NCBI GenBank assembly: GCA_020184695.1
Contig: JAANOX010000069.1
Coordinates: 124,001 to 188,000 of the forward strand
DNA: 64,000 nt
Origin: Histomonas meleagridis 2922-C6/04-290x
Taxonomy: Eukaryota > Protista > Parabasalia
Reading direction: 5' to 3'
Shown: in pieces, positions 33,407-45,219 of the stretch
How positions within the stretch are numbered: the first letter of the stretch is position 1
Layout: each line of letters starts with the position of its first letter
Position numbers and translations under genes: made by a program
Notes under the pieces: generated by a model
The model's database searches: none
Seen by the model: the letters and a program-made list of their open reading frames with translations, nothing else
Told to the model about the DNA's origin: nothing

Positions 33407-34778
33407 TATAATGAAATGATTATTTTTCGTATTTATATCACATCTCTCTTGTTCAAGAAGTAATTTTACCATGTTTAAATTGTTCGATTTTACTGCACAA
33501 AAGAATGCTGTTTCAAATAATTATATTAATTACCAAATTTTAAATCGAAACTTTAAATAAAATTATTATATCACCTAATAAGTAATTGAATATTTTTAGC
33601 ATTGATATTACAACCTTCCTGATTAAGAAGTTATTTTGTTATATTAATATGCCTATTATATGTTGATCTAATTAGTGCTGTATAATATAATTTGAATAAT
33701 TTCCAAATATTATTTTGAAATTTCAAATTAACAAAAATTATTTTAAATGACATGAACCGATATCTTTAGCATTTATATCAATTCCTTCTTGTTCAAGAAG
33801 TAATTTAACTATTTCTAAATGACCATTTTTAGATGCACAAATAAGAGCTGTTTCAAATAATTTAAATGCGTTTCAATTATTATTTTAATACATCATTTTT
33901 TTGAATTCGACTTTAAATTTTTGATTCGAACATTTTGTGCATTTATATCAATAACTTCTTGTTCAATAAGATATTTTGCAGTTTCTGTATGACCATATAT
34001 AGCTGCAGAAATAAGTAATGTGTTAAATATATCGAAGAATTTTCGAATAACTATAAAAAACATCAATTTGGATATGATAACTTTAAATTAAACAAATAAA
34101 TGTTTATAACTCTAAGATCAATTTCATATTGTTCACAAAGATATTTAACTATAGCAATATTACCATTTCTAACTGCAAGCATAAATATTGTTTCAAATAA
34201 ATTAATCAGTTTCCTAATTATATTATTAAGCATTAAATTACTAAAACATACATTAAATAAAATTCATATACATTTTCTTCATTAAGATCAATTTCTTCGT
34301 ATTGAATTAGGATTTTGAGTATGTCGGTATGGCCAGATGCAGATGCTCTCATAAGTGCTGTATAAAATAAATTTAACATTTCCCAAATTTAATGAAGAGA
34401 TATCAAATCAATAAATAAAAAATTCAATTAACCAATAAAATATCTTTAACATCAATATCTATAACTTTTTGTTTAAGAAGTAATTTAACTAGTTCAACAA
34501 ATCCTCCATGAGATGCATAAATGAGTGGTGTCCAAAATAATTTTAACTATTTCCAAATGAATTTTTAAAACTTCATTTTCTTGAAATAAACACCAAACAA
34601 AATATATTAATATCTTTAACATTAACATCAATTGTTTTTAACTCAAGAAGTAAGTACACAATCTCAATAAACCCACTTCTGGATGCCCACAGTATATATT
34701 CTTTATCAAATGACTCAAAGAAATTAATCCAAATATAATTTTTAAATATTAAATTATAAAAACGAAATACAAAAATTA
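33407..34778 (-). repeat. Interrupted ankyrin-repeat array C: eight repeats, seven periods of exactly 170 nt
   Basis: Repeat starts at 34701, 34531, 34361, 34191, 34021, 33851, 33681 and 33511. The seventh repeat has one in-frame TAA. Confidence 0.9.
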
Positions 34779-35835
34779 TTAAAAAATATTTTTGTTAACA
34801 TTAATTTCCTGCTCAAGGAAGAAAGTAAATAATTCGATATTAATAGATATATTTGTTGGGAAGAAAAAGATTTCAATAATTCTCTGAATAGAATAATTAA
34901 TGATTTTATTTTCATAAATATAATGAAAAATATCATTTCGATAAAATTCAATTGCTGCTTCATATGAACCTTCAAATGATGAATGATTTTGTTCACACAA
35001 ATGAATAATTTCTTCATTTCCACCTGCAACTGCGTATTTGCCTGTGTTTATTACATTTGCATTATTCATAAGTAAAAATTTAAAACATTTTACTGATCCA
35101 AAAAATGCTGCATAATCAATTAGTGTCACATTTTTTTCATTAATGAATGAACATCTTTCATAAAGTGATGGCTCAATCATTAAATTAACATTAAAATCTT
35201 GTCTCGTTGATAACATTTGCAATTGTTTAATATCGTCATTCCGAATTGCTTTAGCAATTTCATTTGGATTAACTCCTTCTCGAATTAAATGTTTATGCAA
35301 TTCCCAATTGTTTTGTTGAAGTTCTGCAATGTTCTCTGTGAAATATTTATGGAAAGGAGTGATGCTATTTTCAAATAGATTATTTAATAATTCTTTGGAA
35401 AGATGATGCGCAAAATAAAAAGTTTCCTTTTTTTTAACTATATCTAATGAGACAAACCCCAACTCAATCAATTTTTCAAGAAGAAAATAAGATTCTTGCG
35501 ATTCTATGTTAAGAAGGAAATAAGAAAATGTATCGATTAAATCAAAATCACTTTTGTTTAATTCTTTTTCTTTAAATTCAACTTTTTTCATGAAGTCGAG
35601 ATAAAGATCAAAATCCTTCATTTGTGAAAGAAAAGAAGAATATTAATCTACTAATAGTTATATTAATATTGAATGGGAAATCATCGACAAGATTCATAAT
35701 TACTTGAACAGATTCAACGATATTATCTTTATTTAATTCAAAAATAATTTTTTCAAGTGTCTGAAATGAGTACACATATTTACTTTTTGAATAATGTAAT
35801 GGTACTGGTTTGATTATGCTTTGCTTGTTTCCCAT
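34779..35835 (-). pseudogene. DUF3447-type ankyrin gene C, N-terminal part with a 1-nt frameshift near 35620
   Basis: ORFs 35608..35835 and 34779..35621 overlap in different frames and together align with genes A and B. Confidence 0.75.
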
Positions 35836-36280
35836 TAATTTATGCCGAATTTTGAAAAAATTTAATTGGTTTACACAATAAATTTATTGAAAATTGGAGG
35901 TTAAATGGGCAGAAATGGTTTGAATGAAAACGTTCATTAATAAACGCTAGCGAAACGATAGAATTCTATTGAATCATCATTGAAAAATTGGATTTCAGTT
36001 TTCGTCCATAAACTATACGATTTTCATAGAAGCTTACACAACTTATGGTATGGTTGTGTAATTTGGACTATCAATGCTTCATCAATCACCAATGCATGCT
36101 TTTTTGTTTGGTTTATTTCTGCTCCCAATTAAAAATGTTTAATAATTTTTGTTTCTTGACTGGATAAAATTTTATTAATTGTACCTTCCGTGGTATTATG
36201 TCACAAAAATAGCCGTTTAATTTTGAGTGAAGTTTTTCGGTTCTACATTGAAATGTTTATATTATCGGCATTGAATTCGA

Positions 36281-36913
36281 ATGGAAGAAGAACTAATTAT
36301 TAAAATTTTATTTGTTGGTGATTCATCTGCCGGAAAAGGTGAAATAATGGGACAATATTTTGGAGAACCGGTTGATGAAAAAATCCAATCTACTATTGGT
36401 TTAGATTTCAAAGTGAAATGTTTGAACATTGATGGAAAGAAAATCAAGGTACAAGTATGGGACACTATTGGTCAAGAACAATATCGCACTATTACAAAGT
36501 CTTTCTTGAGAGGTGCAGACGGAGTCTTTTTAACATTTGACTATACGAGAGTTGATACCTTTCAAATGTTAGGTGATTGGATGGATTCAATCAAGGAAAA
36601 CAATGTTTATAATGCAGACATTTTCTTGATTGGGAACAATTGCGATCAGGACAAAGTTGTTTCAGAAGATGCTGTCTTAAAGTTCAAAGCAAAGTACGAC
36701 CTTCCTCTATTCAACCTCTCAGGCAAAACTGGTTTAAATGTTGAAGAAACGTTTCTTGAAGCGATCAAAGTTATAAAAGAGCGCAAGGAAAGAGAAGCCA
36801 AAGAAATAGAAGAGAAAGAAAGAGAAGAGAAAGAAAGAGAAGCACAAGCGCAAGATACGGAAGAGAAGAAACATAAAAATGGAACCAAAAAGGAAGCATG
36901 CAATATATATTAA
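36281..36913 (+). CDS. Rab-family small GTPase (divergent)
   Basis: GDSSAGK, TIGLDF, WDTIGQE, GNNCD, SGKTG motifs; charged tail ending EACNIY. Confidence 0.88.
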   Translation: MEEELIIKILFVGDSSAGKGEIMGQYFGEPVDEKIQSTIGLDFKVKCLNIDGKKIKVQVWDTIGQEQYRTITKSFLRGADGVFLTFDYTRVDTFQMLGDWMDSIKENNVYNADIFLIGNNCDQDKVVSEDAVLKFKAKYDLPLFNLSGKTGLNVEETFLEAIKVIKERKEREAKEIEEKEREEKEREAQAQDTEEKKHKNGTKKEACNIY

Positions 36914-37182
36914 CTTAATATTTCTATAACTAAACACCTAACGTTGGATCTGCATTTTTTTTATAAAAGATTATCCTCAGTAGAAACAATTTCATTAGTA
37001 TAATTTTTTTCATTATTTCATTTTCTATTGTAAGAAATGAAAAGGTAATTTTGCTATGCACAAATACAGCTCTCTTCTGTGTAAACAAATATTTTCATTT
37101 ACGAAGAAATACAATTTTTGTTTGACTGAAAAATTGTATATACTTTATCATCAATCGTTGAAACTATGGAATAAAATCATGT

Positions 37183-38430
37183 TTGTTTACCTACAGTACT
37201 TCCAATGAATTACTACAGATAAAAGATGAAAATTTGTTTCTTTATGGAGGAGAACGTTTATTTCCACTTTTGATCCAACAACTTATGGAGCAAAGCAAAA
37301 CAGAACCAGCTGAGAAAAATATCGAAGAAGAAGAAGAGGAAGAAGAAGAAATTGAAAAAGAAAAAACAGATGATGATACTCCTCCAAGAAACAGATTTCA
37401 TTATACTGAAAAGGTTTTTGTAAATGAACAAATTTATCCAAAATTTCCGGTAAATTACCAACAGTATGGACACAAAAAATACAGGGCTTTCGCTAAGGTT
37501 GCCAATAAAAATGAAACACTACGAACACTTGTTCGCAAAAGTTTTTCATATCATAATAAACTTGATGAAATAGATATCAACAAAAAACGCTCATCAAAAG
37601 GAAACATCTTTAAAATTGTTGCATATATTGTTGTTACTCTCTCAACAATTGGCACTTTAATTTCACACTTTCGAGCACCACAAACCAACCTCAGCAAAAT
37701 TGTTTCTGCTTCAGACATTGTCAACGAAAAAGTTTCATCTCTCTCACAGATGCTTTCTAAAGCCGAATTTACCACTACACTTCTTTATCAACAAATTCAA
37801 CAAGTAGGTACTCTTCTTAATGAATCATCCACGATTAGTCTTACTCTTGAATCTCTTGAAACAAATGGTGTTATTCCAAAGCTTTGGAAAGTTATGAGTA
37901 GTAAGTCAGGACAATGTGAGTCTCCAACCGAGCAATATTTCATTGCACTATCCTTACTATTTTTACATGACCTGTCAACAGTTGGTGGATCTAGTAGGAT
38001 TGATACCAAAATAATGGGAAAGATCTTCGACAACTGCGGTGATGTTGAGGACGTTACGAAGCCTTTGTTTGCTTTACTCACGACGGTTATTCGCAAAAGT
38101 GAAGGCTTAGCGTCACTAAACGGTTTCGCACCGATCCTAACGAAATCGTTGTTGAAAGAAGACTTCGGTCCATGGGATACACCTCCATGTAAATTCTTTG
38201 CGTTGTGGTCAGCTGTTACAGATTTATCACAAAATGACAAAAAAGCTATTTGTCAATTTGCTGACTTTGCTGTCAAGAATCGTGAAAAATGGAGTCGCGA
38301 ATTTAATTCATTCATTTGTTTGCTTTCAAAGAATGTTCCGTGCTCTGCTTGGGAAACTTTCGATATCGAAAATCTTTATAAGAGAGATGAATGTATCGAA
38401 ATCTTTTCTTACTTTAAGCAAAAGGAATAA
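37183..38430 (+). CDS. Hypothetical protein with one TM segment and helical C-terminus
   Basis: 415-aa ORF with TM IFKIVAYIVVTLSTIGTLI. Confidence 0.7.
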   Translation: MFTYSTSNELLQIKDENLFLYGGERLFPLLIQQLMEQSKTEPAEKNIEEEEEEEEEIEKEKTDDDTPPRNRFHYTEKVFVNEQIYPKFPVNYQQYGHKKYRAFAKVANKNETLRTLVRKSFSYHNKLDEIDINKKRSSKGNIFKIVAYIVVTLSTIGTLISHFRAPQTNLSKIVSASDIVNEKVSSLSQMLSKAEFTTTLLYQQIQQVGTLLNESSTISLTLESLETNGVIPKLWKVMSSKSGQCESPTEQYFIALSLLFLHDLSTVGGSSRIDTKIMGKIFDNCGDVEDVTKPLFALLTTVIRKSEGLASLNGFAPILTKSLLKEDFGPWDTPPCKFFALWSAVTDLSQNDKKAICQFADFAVKNREKWSREFNSFICLLSKNVPCSAWETFDIENLYKRDECIEIFSYFKQKE

Positions 38431-38732
38431 AAATGATATTATTATTAATGGTTTATTTTAAGAAAACTTAACTTTAGTATTTTTAATATAAGGGGAAAGA
38501 AATAAAATTTAACTAATCAATCAATGCATTTGAAACTATTTTAAATTTTCAATATCTGCATTTTCTTATTGTATCCGAGTCAGTGAATAGAAAGGATAAA
38601 GCATGTGAATGATTGACTTTATTCTTCAAGATGATGAAATTTTTTACTTGCCTATAAATAACCGTTTTATCCGAATTTTGAGAAGAAAACGATTGTTTCT
38701 CTTTCTGTTGAACATTTTCTCCTCTCCAGTGT

Positions 38733-40934
38733 ATGGAAGAAAAGATAAAACAATATGAAGAAATACAAAATCTTATGCAAACAGAGGAGATATCAGTTGG
38801 TGACGGTGCTTACATTATAGATAAAAATTGGATTCAAAAATGGAGAAACACATTTGGCTTTATTAATGAACCAGAAACTGAGACTCCCATTGACAACTCA
38901 AAAATTATGGAAAATGGTAAAATTAAAGAAGATTCTGAATATGAAATAATCCCAAAAAAAGTTTGGGAAGATTTTGTCTTATACTATGGCGGTGGACCAG
39001 AAATTCATTGCAATGTAGAATTCGATCCTGTTCGTAATCGTAACATTCCAATTGTTCAACCACCAGAATATGAAGTAACTTTTGAGGATAAAAAGCATAC
39101 ATTTACATACGAGTTATTCAAACCAACCAAAGAATTCAAGGACGCTGTATGTTCTTTCTTTAATTGTGATCCAAATATCTATCATCTTTATGATTATTAT
39201 CATTCCGTCAAACAAGAACGAATATACGAGGATAAATCGTTTGGGTACTACTACTTAAATGATCAATGTTCCTTAATATTATCCAAAGAAACAAACTCTG
39301 AAGTCAAGATAATCTCAAAAGATGAAACTCAAACTGAAGTAGGAACTATATGTGGTATCTTCAATATGGGTAACACATGTTATATGAGCGCATCACTTCA
39401 ATGTCTTTGTCGTATCCCATCAATCGAAAGATTTTTTCTGTCAAATGACTTCACAAACAGAGTTAACGTTCTCTCGCCAACAAAAGGGCGAATTTCTTCT
39501 GCTTTCTCTGAGATTATTCGCTATCTCCATGACCCCTCCTTCAATAACATAGCTCCACGTCTTTTTAAATGTGTTTTTGGTGATTATTCTCCACAATTTG
39601 CAAATAGGAATCAACAAGATGCACATGAATTCATCACTATTCTTCTTGATCTCCTTCATCAAGAACTAAAGTCAAACGACGATGGGACTAGCATCATATC
39701 AGATACTTTTCAAGGATCAAATCAATCACATATTTTTTGTCCCGAATGTAATCATGAATCTATTACACAAGAACCATTCACATCGTTAACCTTACCAGTT
39801 CCCATTCCTATGGTTACCACTCCACCATTTCTCTTTGTTCCATATGACATCACATCGCCGCGCATTATGATGACATTATCAGTCATATCATCCTATACAA
39901 TAGGCGATATTATTGATGCTCTTTCGCAATATTTTGGTCGTGAAGTCAACATTGTTATTGCAGAACAACTTGAGACATCCACAAATTTAATGTGGCGAAC
40001 AAAACTTATTAAAACTATGTCTGAAAACAAGCTAATAGTTTTTGAGATTCCACGTGATTCCACGTCGAACATATTTGCACCAGTTCGATTACTTACGACG
40101 TGTAATGGAAAGACGTATGATGTCGATTCGTTTTATTTGGTTGGAATACCAAACGAAGATTCCAACTTCGAGACAATAATTTCTTCATGTGAAGAACGAT
40201 TTAAACCATTCTTTTTAACAGACGACAAAACATTTAATGATAATAAAGTTAAAACGCTTTATAAAAAAGTCGAAAACGAAGAAGTAAATGACGAACCGAA
40301 TGTTTACATACGTAATCCTCCACGTCTAAGGCGTAATATGGATATTTTTAAGGTATCCGAAAGAACCATCGACGTAATACTGAATTCGTATTCGATGAAA
40401 AAATGTTTCAATTGGAGTTATGTACATAACGTAATAAGCATTATAAATAAGAAAGCGACAAAAAGTAAAACAATGAAAAAAGTGTCAATCAATGAATGCA
40501 TTGATTTATTCAAACAAAATGAGGTGTTATCTTCCGATAACTTATGGTTTTGTCCTAACTGTAAGAAATATGTCGCTGCTTCGAAAAAATTTGAAATTTC
40601 AAAATTCGGCGAAATTCTAATAATTCATTTTAAACGTTTTCTATACACAAAGTACTCAAATAGAAAAATTGACATTTCGATAGACTTTCCAAACGAAATT
40701 GAATTGCCAATGGCGGTTAACGATGAACATGATCATATGCGTCACTTTTCGCTTATGGGTGTTATTAATCATGTAGGAGGACTTGAAGGAGGGCATTACA
40801 CAGCAAATATAAAGGATAGTAAAAGTAATAAATGGTTCAAGTGTAATGATGATAGGGTTTCAAAAATTAGCTCTGAAAATGTTCGTTCAAGCAATGCATA
40901 TATTTTGTTTTATCAACTTGATCATGATAAATAA
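38733..40934 (+). CDS. Ubiquitin carboxyl-terminal hydrolase (C19) with N-terminal DUSP, USP4/11/15-like
   Basis: Cys box GIFNMGNTCYMSASLQ, QQDAHEF, His box NHVGGLEGGHYTA, WFKCNDD. Confidence 0.92.
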   Translation: MEEKIKQYEEIQNLMQTEEISVGDGAYIIDKNWIQKWRNTFGFINEPETETPIDNSKIMENGKIKEDSEYEIIPKKVWEDFVLYYGGGPEIHCNVEFDPVRNRNIPIVQPPEYEVTFEDKKHTFTYELFKPTKEFKDAVCSFFNCDPNIYHLYDYYHSVKQERIYEDKSFGYYYLNDQCSLILSKETNSEVKIISKDETQTEVGTICGIFNMGNTCYMSASLQCLCRIPSIERFFLSNDFTNRVNVLSPTKGRISSAFSEIIRYLHDPSFNNIAPRLFKCVFGDYSPQFANRNQQDAHEFITILLDLLHQELKSNDDGTSIISDTFQGSNQSHIFCPECNHESITQEPFTSLTLPVPIPMVTTPPFLFVPYDITSPRIMMTLSVISSYTIGDIIDALSQYFGREVNIVIAEQLETSTNLMWRTKLIKTMSENKLIVFEIPRDSTSNIFAPVRLLTTCNGKTYDVDSFYLVGIPNEDSNFETIISSCEERFKPFFLTDDKTFNDNKVKTLYKKVENEEVNDEPNVYIRNPPRLRRNMDIFKVSERTIDVILNSYSMKKCFNWSYVHNVISIINKKATKSKTMKKVSINECIDLFKQNEVLSSDNLWFCPNCKKYVAASKKFEISKFGEILIIHFKRFLYTKYSNRKIDISIDFPNEIELPMAVNDEHDHMRHFSLMGVINHVGGLEGGHYTANIKDSKSNKWFKCNDDRVSKISSENVRSSNAYILFYQLDHDK

Positions 40935-41232
40935 ATTTTGTTTAATCTGTAGTAACTTCTAATAATTTTTTTCTATTTGATAAAATTTTATTGTGATGAA
41001 ATAATTCTTGCATTCACATATCAAACATTTGGAAACTCCGAAATAGTACTTTGATCAAATCATTTATATGAAGATGGCGTTATATCTTAATTCCCTTTCA
41101 TCACGCAAATAGTTTCTATTAATCAAATAATTTACAAATTTTGTTTCATTTTATTTCACACAATTATACAAAAATTATAATAATGTTAAAGTTCTCCTTT
41201 TTATTGTTTCACTATTTATGCGGAGAAATTGA

Positions 41233-42450
41233 TTACCATCTCTTTGATGGGCAAATTTTTTCAATTTTCTGTTTGATGCCGTCAATTTTATCACTTGCGC
41301 ACATGTCTGAGAACAAAGAAAGTCTTTGTAATTCATATTCACCGACATCACCGCATTTTTGACGGAATGTTTCCACAGCTTTCTCGTAGCAGTCCCAGTC
41401 AATTTCCTTAACGGGCACCTCACGTAAGGAAGTGAACTGCTTTGTGATGTTATCGAAGACGAAGTCCGTTAACTTGCGGTGTAACTTTTCTCCGATGTAA
41501 TCGAACTCAGCGTCCAATCTTTCTTCTTTTGTAGCTGCCTCTGCGATCCTTCTCTTTGCATATGATAATGTTGTATTGAATTGTGATATGATTGATGTCG
41601 GTTCATATTGAAGTTGAAGTTCTTCATCATTAGAATCTTCATTAGGTGTAAGCCAGAACTCGGAAAGCTTGGATGTTTTGATGTAATCTTCTGGTCCATA
41701 TTTCATGACATGACTTTTGCTGACTTTCTTAGAAACTTTTTCCCAAATTTCTTCAATCGTGGCAGTGGGTGACTTCTTGGCGGCCTTGAAGAATTGTTGT
41801 GAAAATTGATTGGTACGGAATGTTTGGATTAATATATCAAAGCCAGTGGCATATGATGATTCTTCACCATTGGCTGCTGTAAGAACAGCAACATTGGGGA
41901 TATCATTGAGCATTTCTCCAACAGAGCCAGAGTAACAGGCTTCAATTGTGAAGAATAATTTCTTGAACATCTTCTTTTCTTGCATCTTTAAAATGGCAGT
42001 TCGAAGTTTGTTGGCGTAAAGTGAACCACCAGTAGGCATGGCAAGTAAACCTTTGGCTCCATGATCATTATAGAAAATATAAACATTATCTTCAGGTCCT
42101 GATTTGAGAACTACTTTTGTGGATGAAGTAACAGTTCCTGTTATAACATTTATAAAGTTTGTTGCTGTAACACTAGAACCTTTATAATCGATTTTATCGG
42201 TACCTGGGTAAACATTGTCGAAAAGACCAAGGTTAAATATGGTTCCTTTGAACATGTTCTTTTCGTTTTCTGCTATATCATCATAAGCCATTAAAATGAT
42301 ATTTTCATCATTAAATCCACGTTCACGGAGAAGTTGATAAGCTTGAAAGATATCTGATTGATGACGATAATTTTCATATCCCTTTGAGCCAGCGATAAGG
42401 ACTGCATAGTTTGCAGAGTAGGAAGCGCACACGAAGGAGAGAAAGAACAT
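41233..42450 (-). CDS. Legumain-like asparaginyl endopeptidase (peptidase C13)
   Basis: Signal peptide; AVLIAGSKGYENYRHQSD, FYNDHG (His), IEACYSGS (Cys). Confidence 0.92.
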   Translation of the reverse strand: MFFLSFVCASYSANYAVLIAGSKGYENYRHQSDIFQAYQLLRERGFNDENIILMAYDDIAENEKNMFKGTIFNLGLFDNVYPGTDKIDYKGSSVTATNFINVITGTVTSSTKVVLKSGPEDNVYIFYNDHGAKGLLAMPTGGSLYANKLRTAILKMQEKKMFKKLFFTIEACYSGSVGEMLNDIPNVAVLTAANGEESSYATGFDILIQTFRTNQFSQQFFKAAKKSPTATIEEIWEKVSKKVSKSHVMKYGPEDYIKTSKLSEFWLTPNEDSNDEELQLQYEPTSIISQFNTTLSYAKRRIAEAATKEERLDAEFDYIGEKLHRKLTDFVFDNITKQFTSLREVPVKEIDWDCYEKAVETFRQKCGDVGEYELQRLSLFSDMCASDKIDGIKQKIEKICPSKRW

Positions 42451-42651
42451 TGTGCAATTTCAGTGGCATTTGACGTTTTTGTCAATTCTGTGCTCGTAAA
42501 GTTTTCAATCATAAATTACCCAAACAAATAAGAACCGATCCCTAACAAAAATGCGTTCCAAAGTATCGATTCCACTTTTTGAACATAATTCTATTAAATC
42601 CGATCGAAAAGTGTTTTGCAAATTACGAAATTTGAACATAATTAAAACATT

Positions 42652-45219
42652 TTACTCAAACTCAAAGCCATCGAAGTTGCTAATTTTTATATTCTTTGAT
42701 TGACTTGGTTGGCTTCTTTGGCTCGATGTATTCACAGTTGATAAAGGCTTTTGCTGTGATGCGAATATGCTGAACGAGTCCTGTTGATTACTCTCCTGCT
42801 GAGATAACGTAAATGGGTCAGTTTGCTGGTACCGATGCTGCTGTGAGCTGAACAAATCTGTTTGATTATTGACTGAACTTTGCCTTGAGCTTTGATTACT
42901 AAATGAACTTTGTGAATGATTCTGCGAACTGAATGAGTTAAATATATCTTTTTGGTTGTTGACGGAGCTTTGTCTTGAGCTTTGTGGAGTTCTTTGGCCG
43001 ACTGAGTTAAATAAATCTGTTTGGTTGTTGACGGAGCTTTGTCTCGAACCTTGATTACTAAGTGAATTTTGTGTTTGATTCTGCGTGCTAAATGAACCGA
43101 ATGTATTTGTTTGATTGTTGACTGAGCTTTGTCTTGAGCTTTGTGGAGTTCTTTGACCGACTGAGTTAAATATATCTGTTTGATTGTTGACTGAGCTTTG
43201 TCTTGAGCTTTGCGATTGATTTTGCTTATTAGAAGATGCAAATAAGTCTGTCTGACTATTAACTGAACTTTGTTTACTTGAATTTCTACTTTGGTTATTA
43301 AATGAATTTTGTTGACTGAACGAACCGAGTAAATCTGTTTGGTTATTAACTGAACTTTGTCTTGCGTTTTGTGGTTGACTTTGTTGGTCAAATGATCCCA
43401 AGAGATCTGAACTTTGTTGACTTTGTGTTTCGTTTTCGTCGTTTTCTTCGCTTTCACTTTCGTATTCTGAAGACGAGTATTCCGAATCATCATTAGGCTC
43501 CGGAATAGGCTGCGTTGGCAAGCTATAATCAGGCATTTGATATCTTTCTGCCTCATTTATATCATCGTTTGATATATGATATTCATTTTGTATTTTTTTC
43601 ATAGCTTTCATAATGTAAACGAATATTCTATTTCTTACATTATTTGGAATTTTCTCATTTAAGATACTTAACGCTAAAGGAATATTCTTTTGTAAAAGAA
43701 TATTTTCCGACACTTCCAAACTATATAACAAATCTACAATCGCTTCTGTGATACTATTCCAATGATTTTTATTCCAAACCTTTTGGATATGATTAATTAT
43801 CGAAGTCCCAATATATTCAGCTCCGATTTTTTTAGATATCATAATGAACAATTTTATGATTTTATTCACAAATTCTGGATTTTGAGTTGTGTTTAACATA
43901 TTAATTAATCCGTCACAAAGAATTTGTCTGATATTAGTTCCATCCATAATATTAATCATATAAGGAATAATATCTAAACAATGATTAACAACAGAATTTT
44001 CTTTACATTTAAGTGCTCCATTAATAATCGGATAAACTAATTTCGGATGTTTACTTTTAGGGATTCGACGTATTAAGACACCAATGTATTGTAATAATAT
44101 TTCGGGGATTTTCGGCGGATCGGAAATACCTAAAACTGGTTCTAATGGTGCAATAAGTTCATTTAATAATTCTTCATCATTAAATTTACTTTGCATGGAA
44201 AATAACATGGGCATTAAGATGTACGAAAAACGGACATCTTTCTTTAAATAAAAAATAAAAATCGGTAAAAACTTGGAATGAAGCATTCGAAATGAAAATA
44301 TTTTAATAATGCCTTTAAGGCCAGTGAAAAAATTGTATAAATCTCGCATATCTTTAGTTGCAATGTTTTCAACATATCGAAATACTTCACATATCAAAGA
44401 TGAAAAAGCTGGATTACTTACAATGCCTTCGAATGAAGGTCGTGTTGAAGGCGTTGTAGAAAGACAATTTTTCATTAAATCTGAAAATTCAGATGGGAGA
44501 TTTTGACATGCTGAAAGTGCAATATTTGTATCTAAATCACTTGAGGAGGTTATGTTTGATGGGGATTTACCAGTAAAAATATAAATACAAGTAAGTGCAT
44601 ACATATATGAATCGGCTTGAGGTGTAATTGGCTTACCTTCTATTATCTCAGGAGCACAATAATTGGCTGGAACATGATAAATAGAGTTGGAGCTCCACGG
44701 ACAAAACGGATCTTTGATTGTGGATGTATTATTTGTTATAGGGACAGCATGGAGAAAAAGTCCAAGCTTAAGAGTGAAGTGCTTGGTAAGAAAAACTGAT
44801 GAAGGAGTAATTCCCAAAAAAGAATAATGAAAATTGGTTTGAAGTTCATTAAGGGTAATTGCAAGTTGTTGACTAATATAAATAGCTTCATCACGAGAAT
44901 ATCCCTTAATTGCTGATAAAGGCTTATCAATGCGTTCGGAAGCAAAACCTAATTTTTTGGAAACATTACTTATTTCTTTAATTTCAAGAATATTTTTATG
45001 TTGGATTTTAGTCATTATTTGTAAGCTATTTACGCAATGTTGTAAATATGCTCGCCTATGTTTTTTATTTCTTTCTTTTTGTTTCATTAATGCATAATCT
45101 ATTATCCATAGAGAAACTGGCTCATGATGCTCCTTTGTGTGTGCTTTATGAACCTTCCAAATTCCTATATCAAATTGGTGTTCAATGTTTTCATATTTTG
45201 TTGAAAGCCCTGCGCCCAT
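42652..45219 (-). CDS. SCY1-like pseudokinase with HEAT region and C-terminal S/Q/N tandem repeats
   Basis: N-myristoylation-like MGAGLS, WKVHKA, HKNIL kinase-like lobe, APE motif, helical repeats, and SRQSSVNNQTDLF repeats. Confidence 0.8.
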   Translation of the reverse strand: MGAGLSTKYENIEHQFDIGIWKVHKAHTKEHHEPVSLWIIDYALMKQKERNKKHRRAYLQHCVNSLQIMTKIQHKNILEIKEISNVSKKLGFASERIDKPLSAIKGYSRDEAIYISQQLAITLNELQTNFHYSFLGITPSSVFLTKHFTLKLGLFLHAVPITNNTSTIKDPFCPWSSNSIYHVPANYCAPEIIEGKPITPQADSYMYALTCIYIFTGKSPSNITSSSDLDTNIALSACQNLPSEFSDLMKNCLSTTPSTRPSFEGIVSNPAFSSLICEVFRYVENIATKDMRDLYNFFTGLKGIIKIFSFRMLHSKFLPIFIFYLKKDVRFSYILMPMLFSMQSKFNDEELLNELIAPLEPVLGISDPPKIPEILLQYIGVLIRRIPKSKHPKLVYPIINGALKCKENSVVNHCLDIIPYMINIMDGTNIRQILCDGLINMLNTTQNPEFVNKIIKLFIMISKKIGAEYIGTSIINHIQKVWNKNHWNSITEAIVDLLYSLEVSENILLQKNIPLALSILNEKIPNNVRNRIFVYIMKAMKKIQNEYHISNDDINEAERYQMPDYSLPTQPIPEPNDDSEYSSSEYESESEENDENETQSQQSSDLLGSFDQQSQPQNARQSSVNNQTDLLGSFSQQNSFNNQSRNSSKQSSVNSQTDLFASSNKQNQSQSSRQSSVNNQTDIFNSVGQRTPQSSRQSSVNNQTNTFGSFSTQNQTQNSLSNQGSRQSSVNNQTDLFNSVGQRTPQSSRQSSVNNQKDIFNSFSSQNHSQSSFSNQSSRQSSVNNQTDLFSSQQHRYQQTDPFTLSQQESNQQDSFSIFASQQKPLSTVNTSSQRSQPSQSKNIKISNFDGFEFE

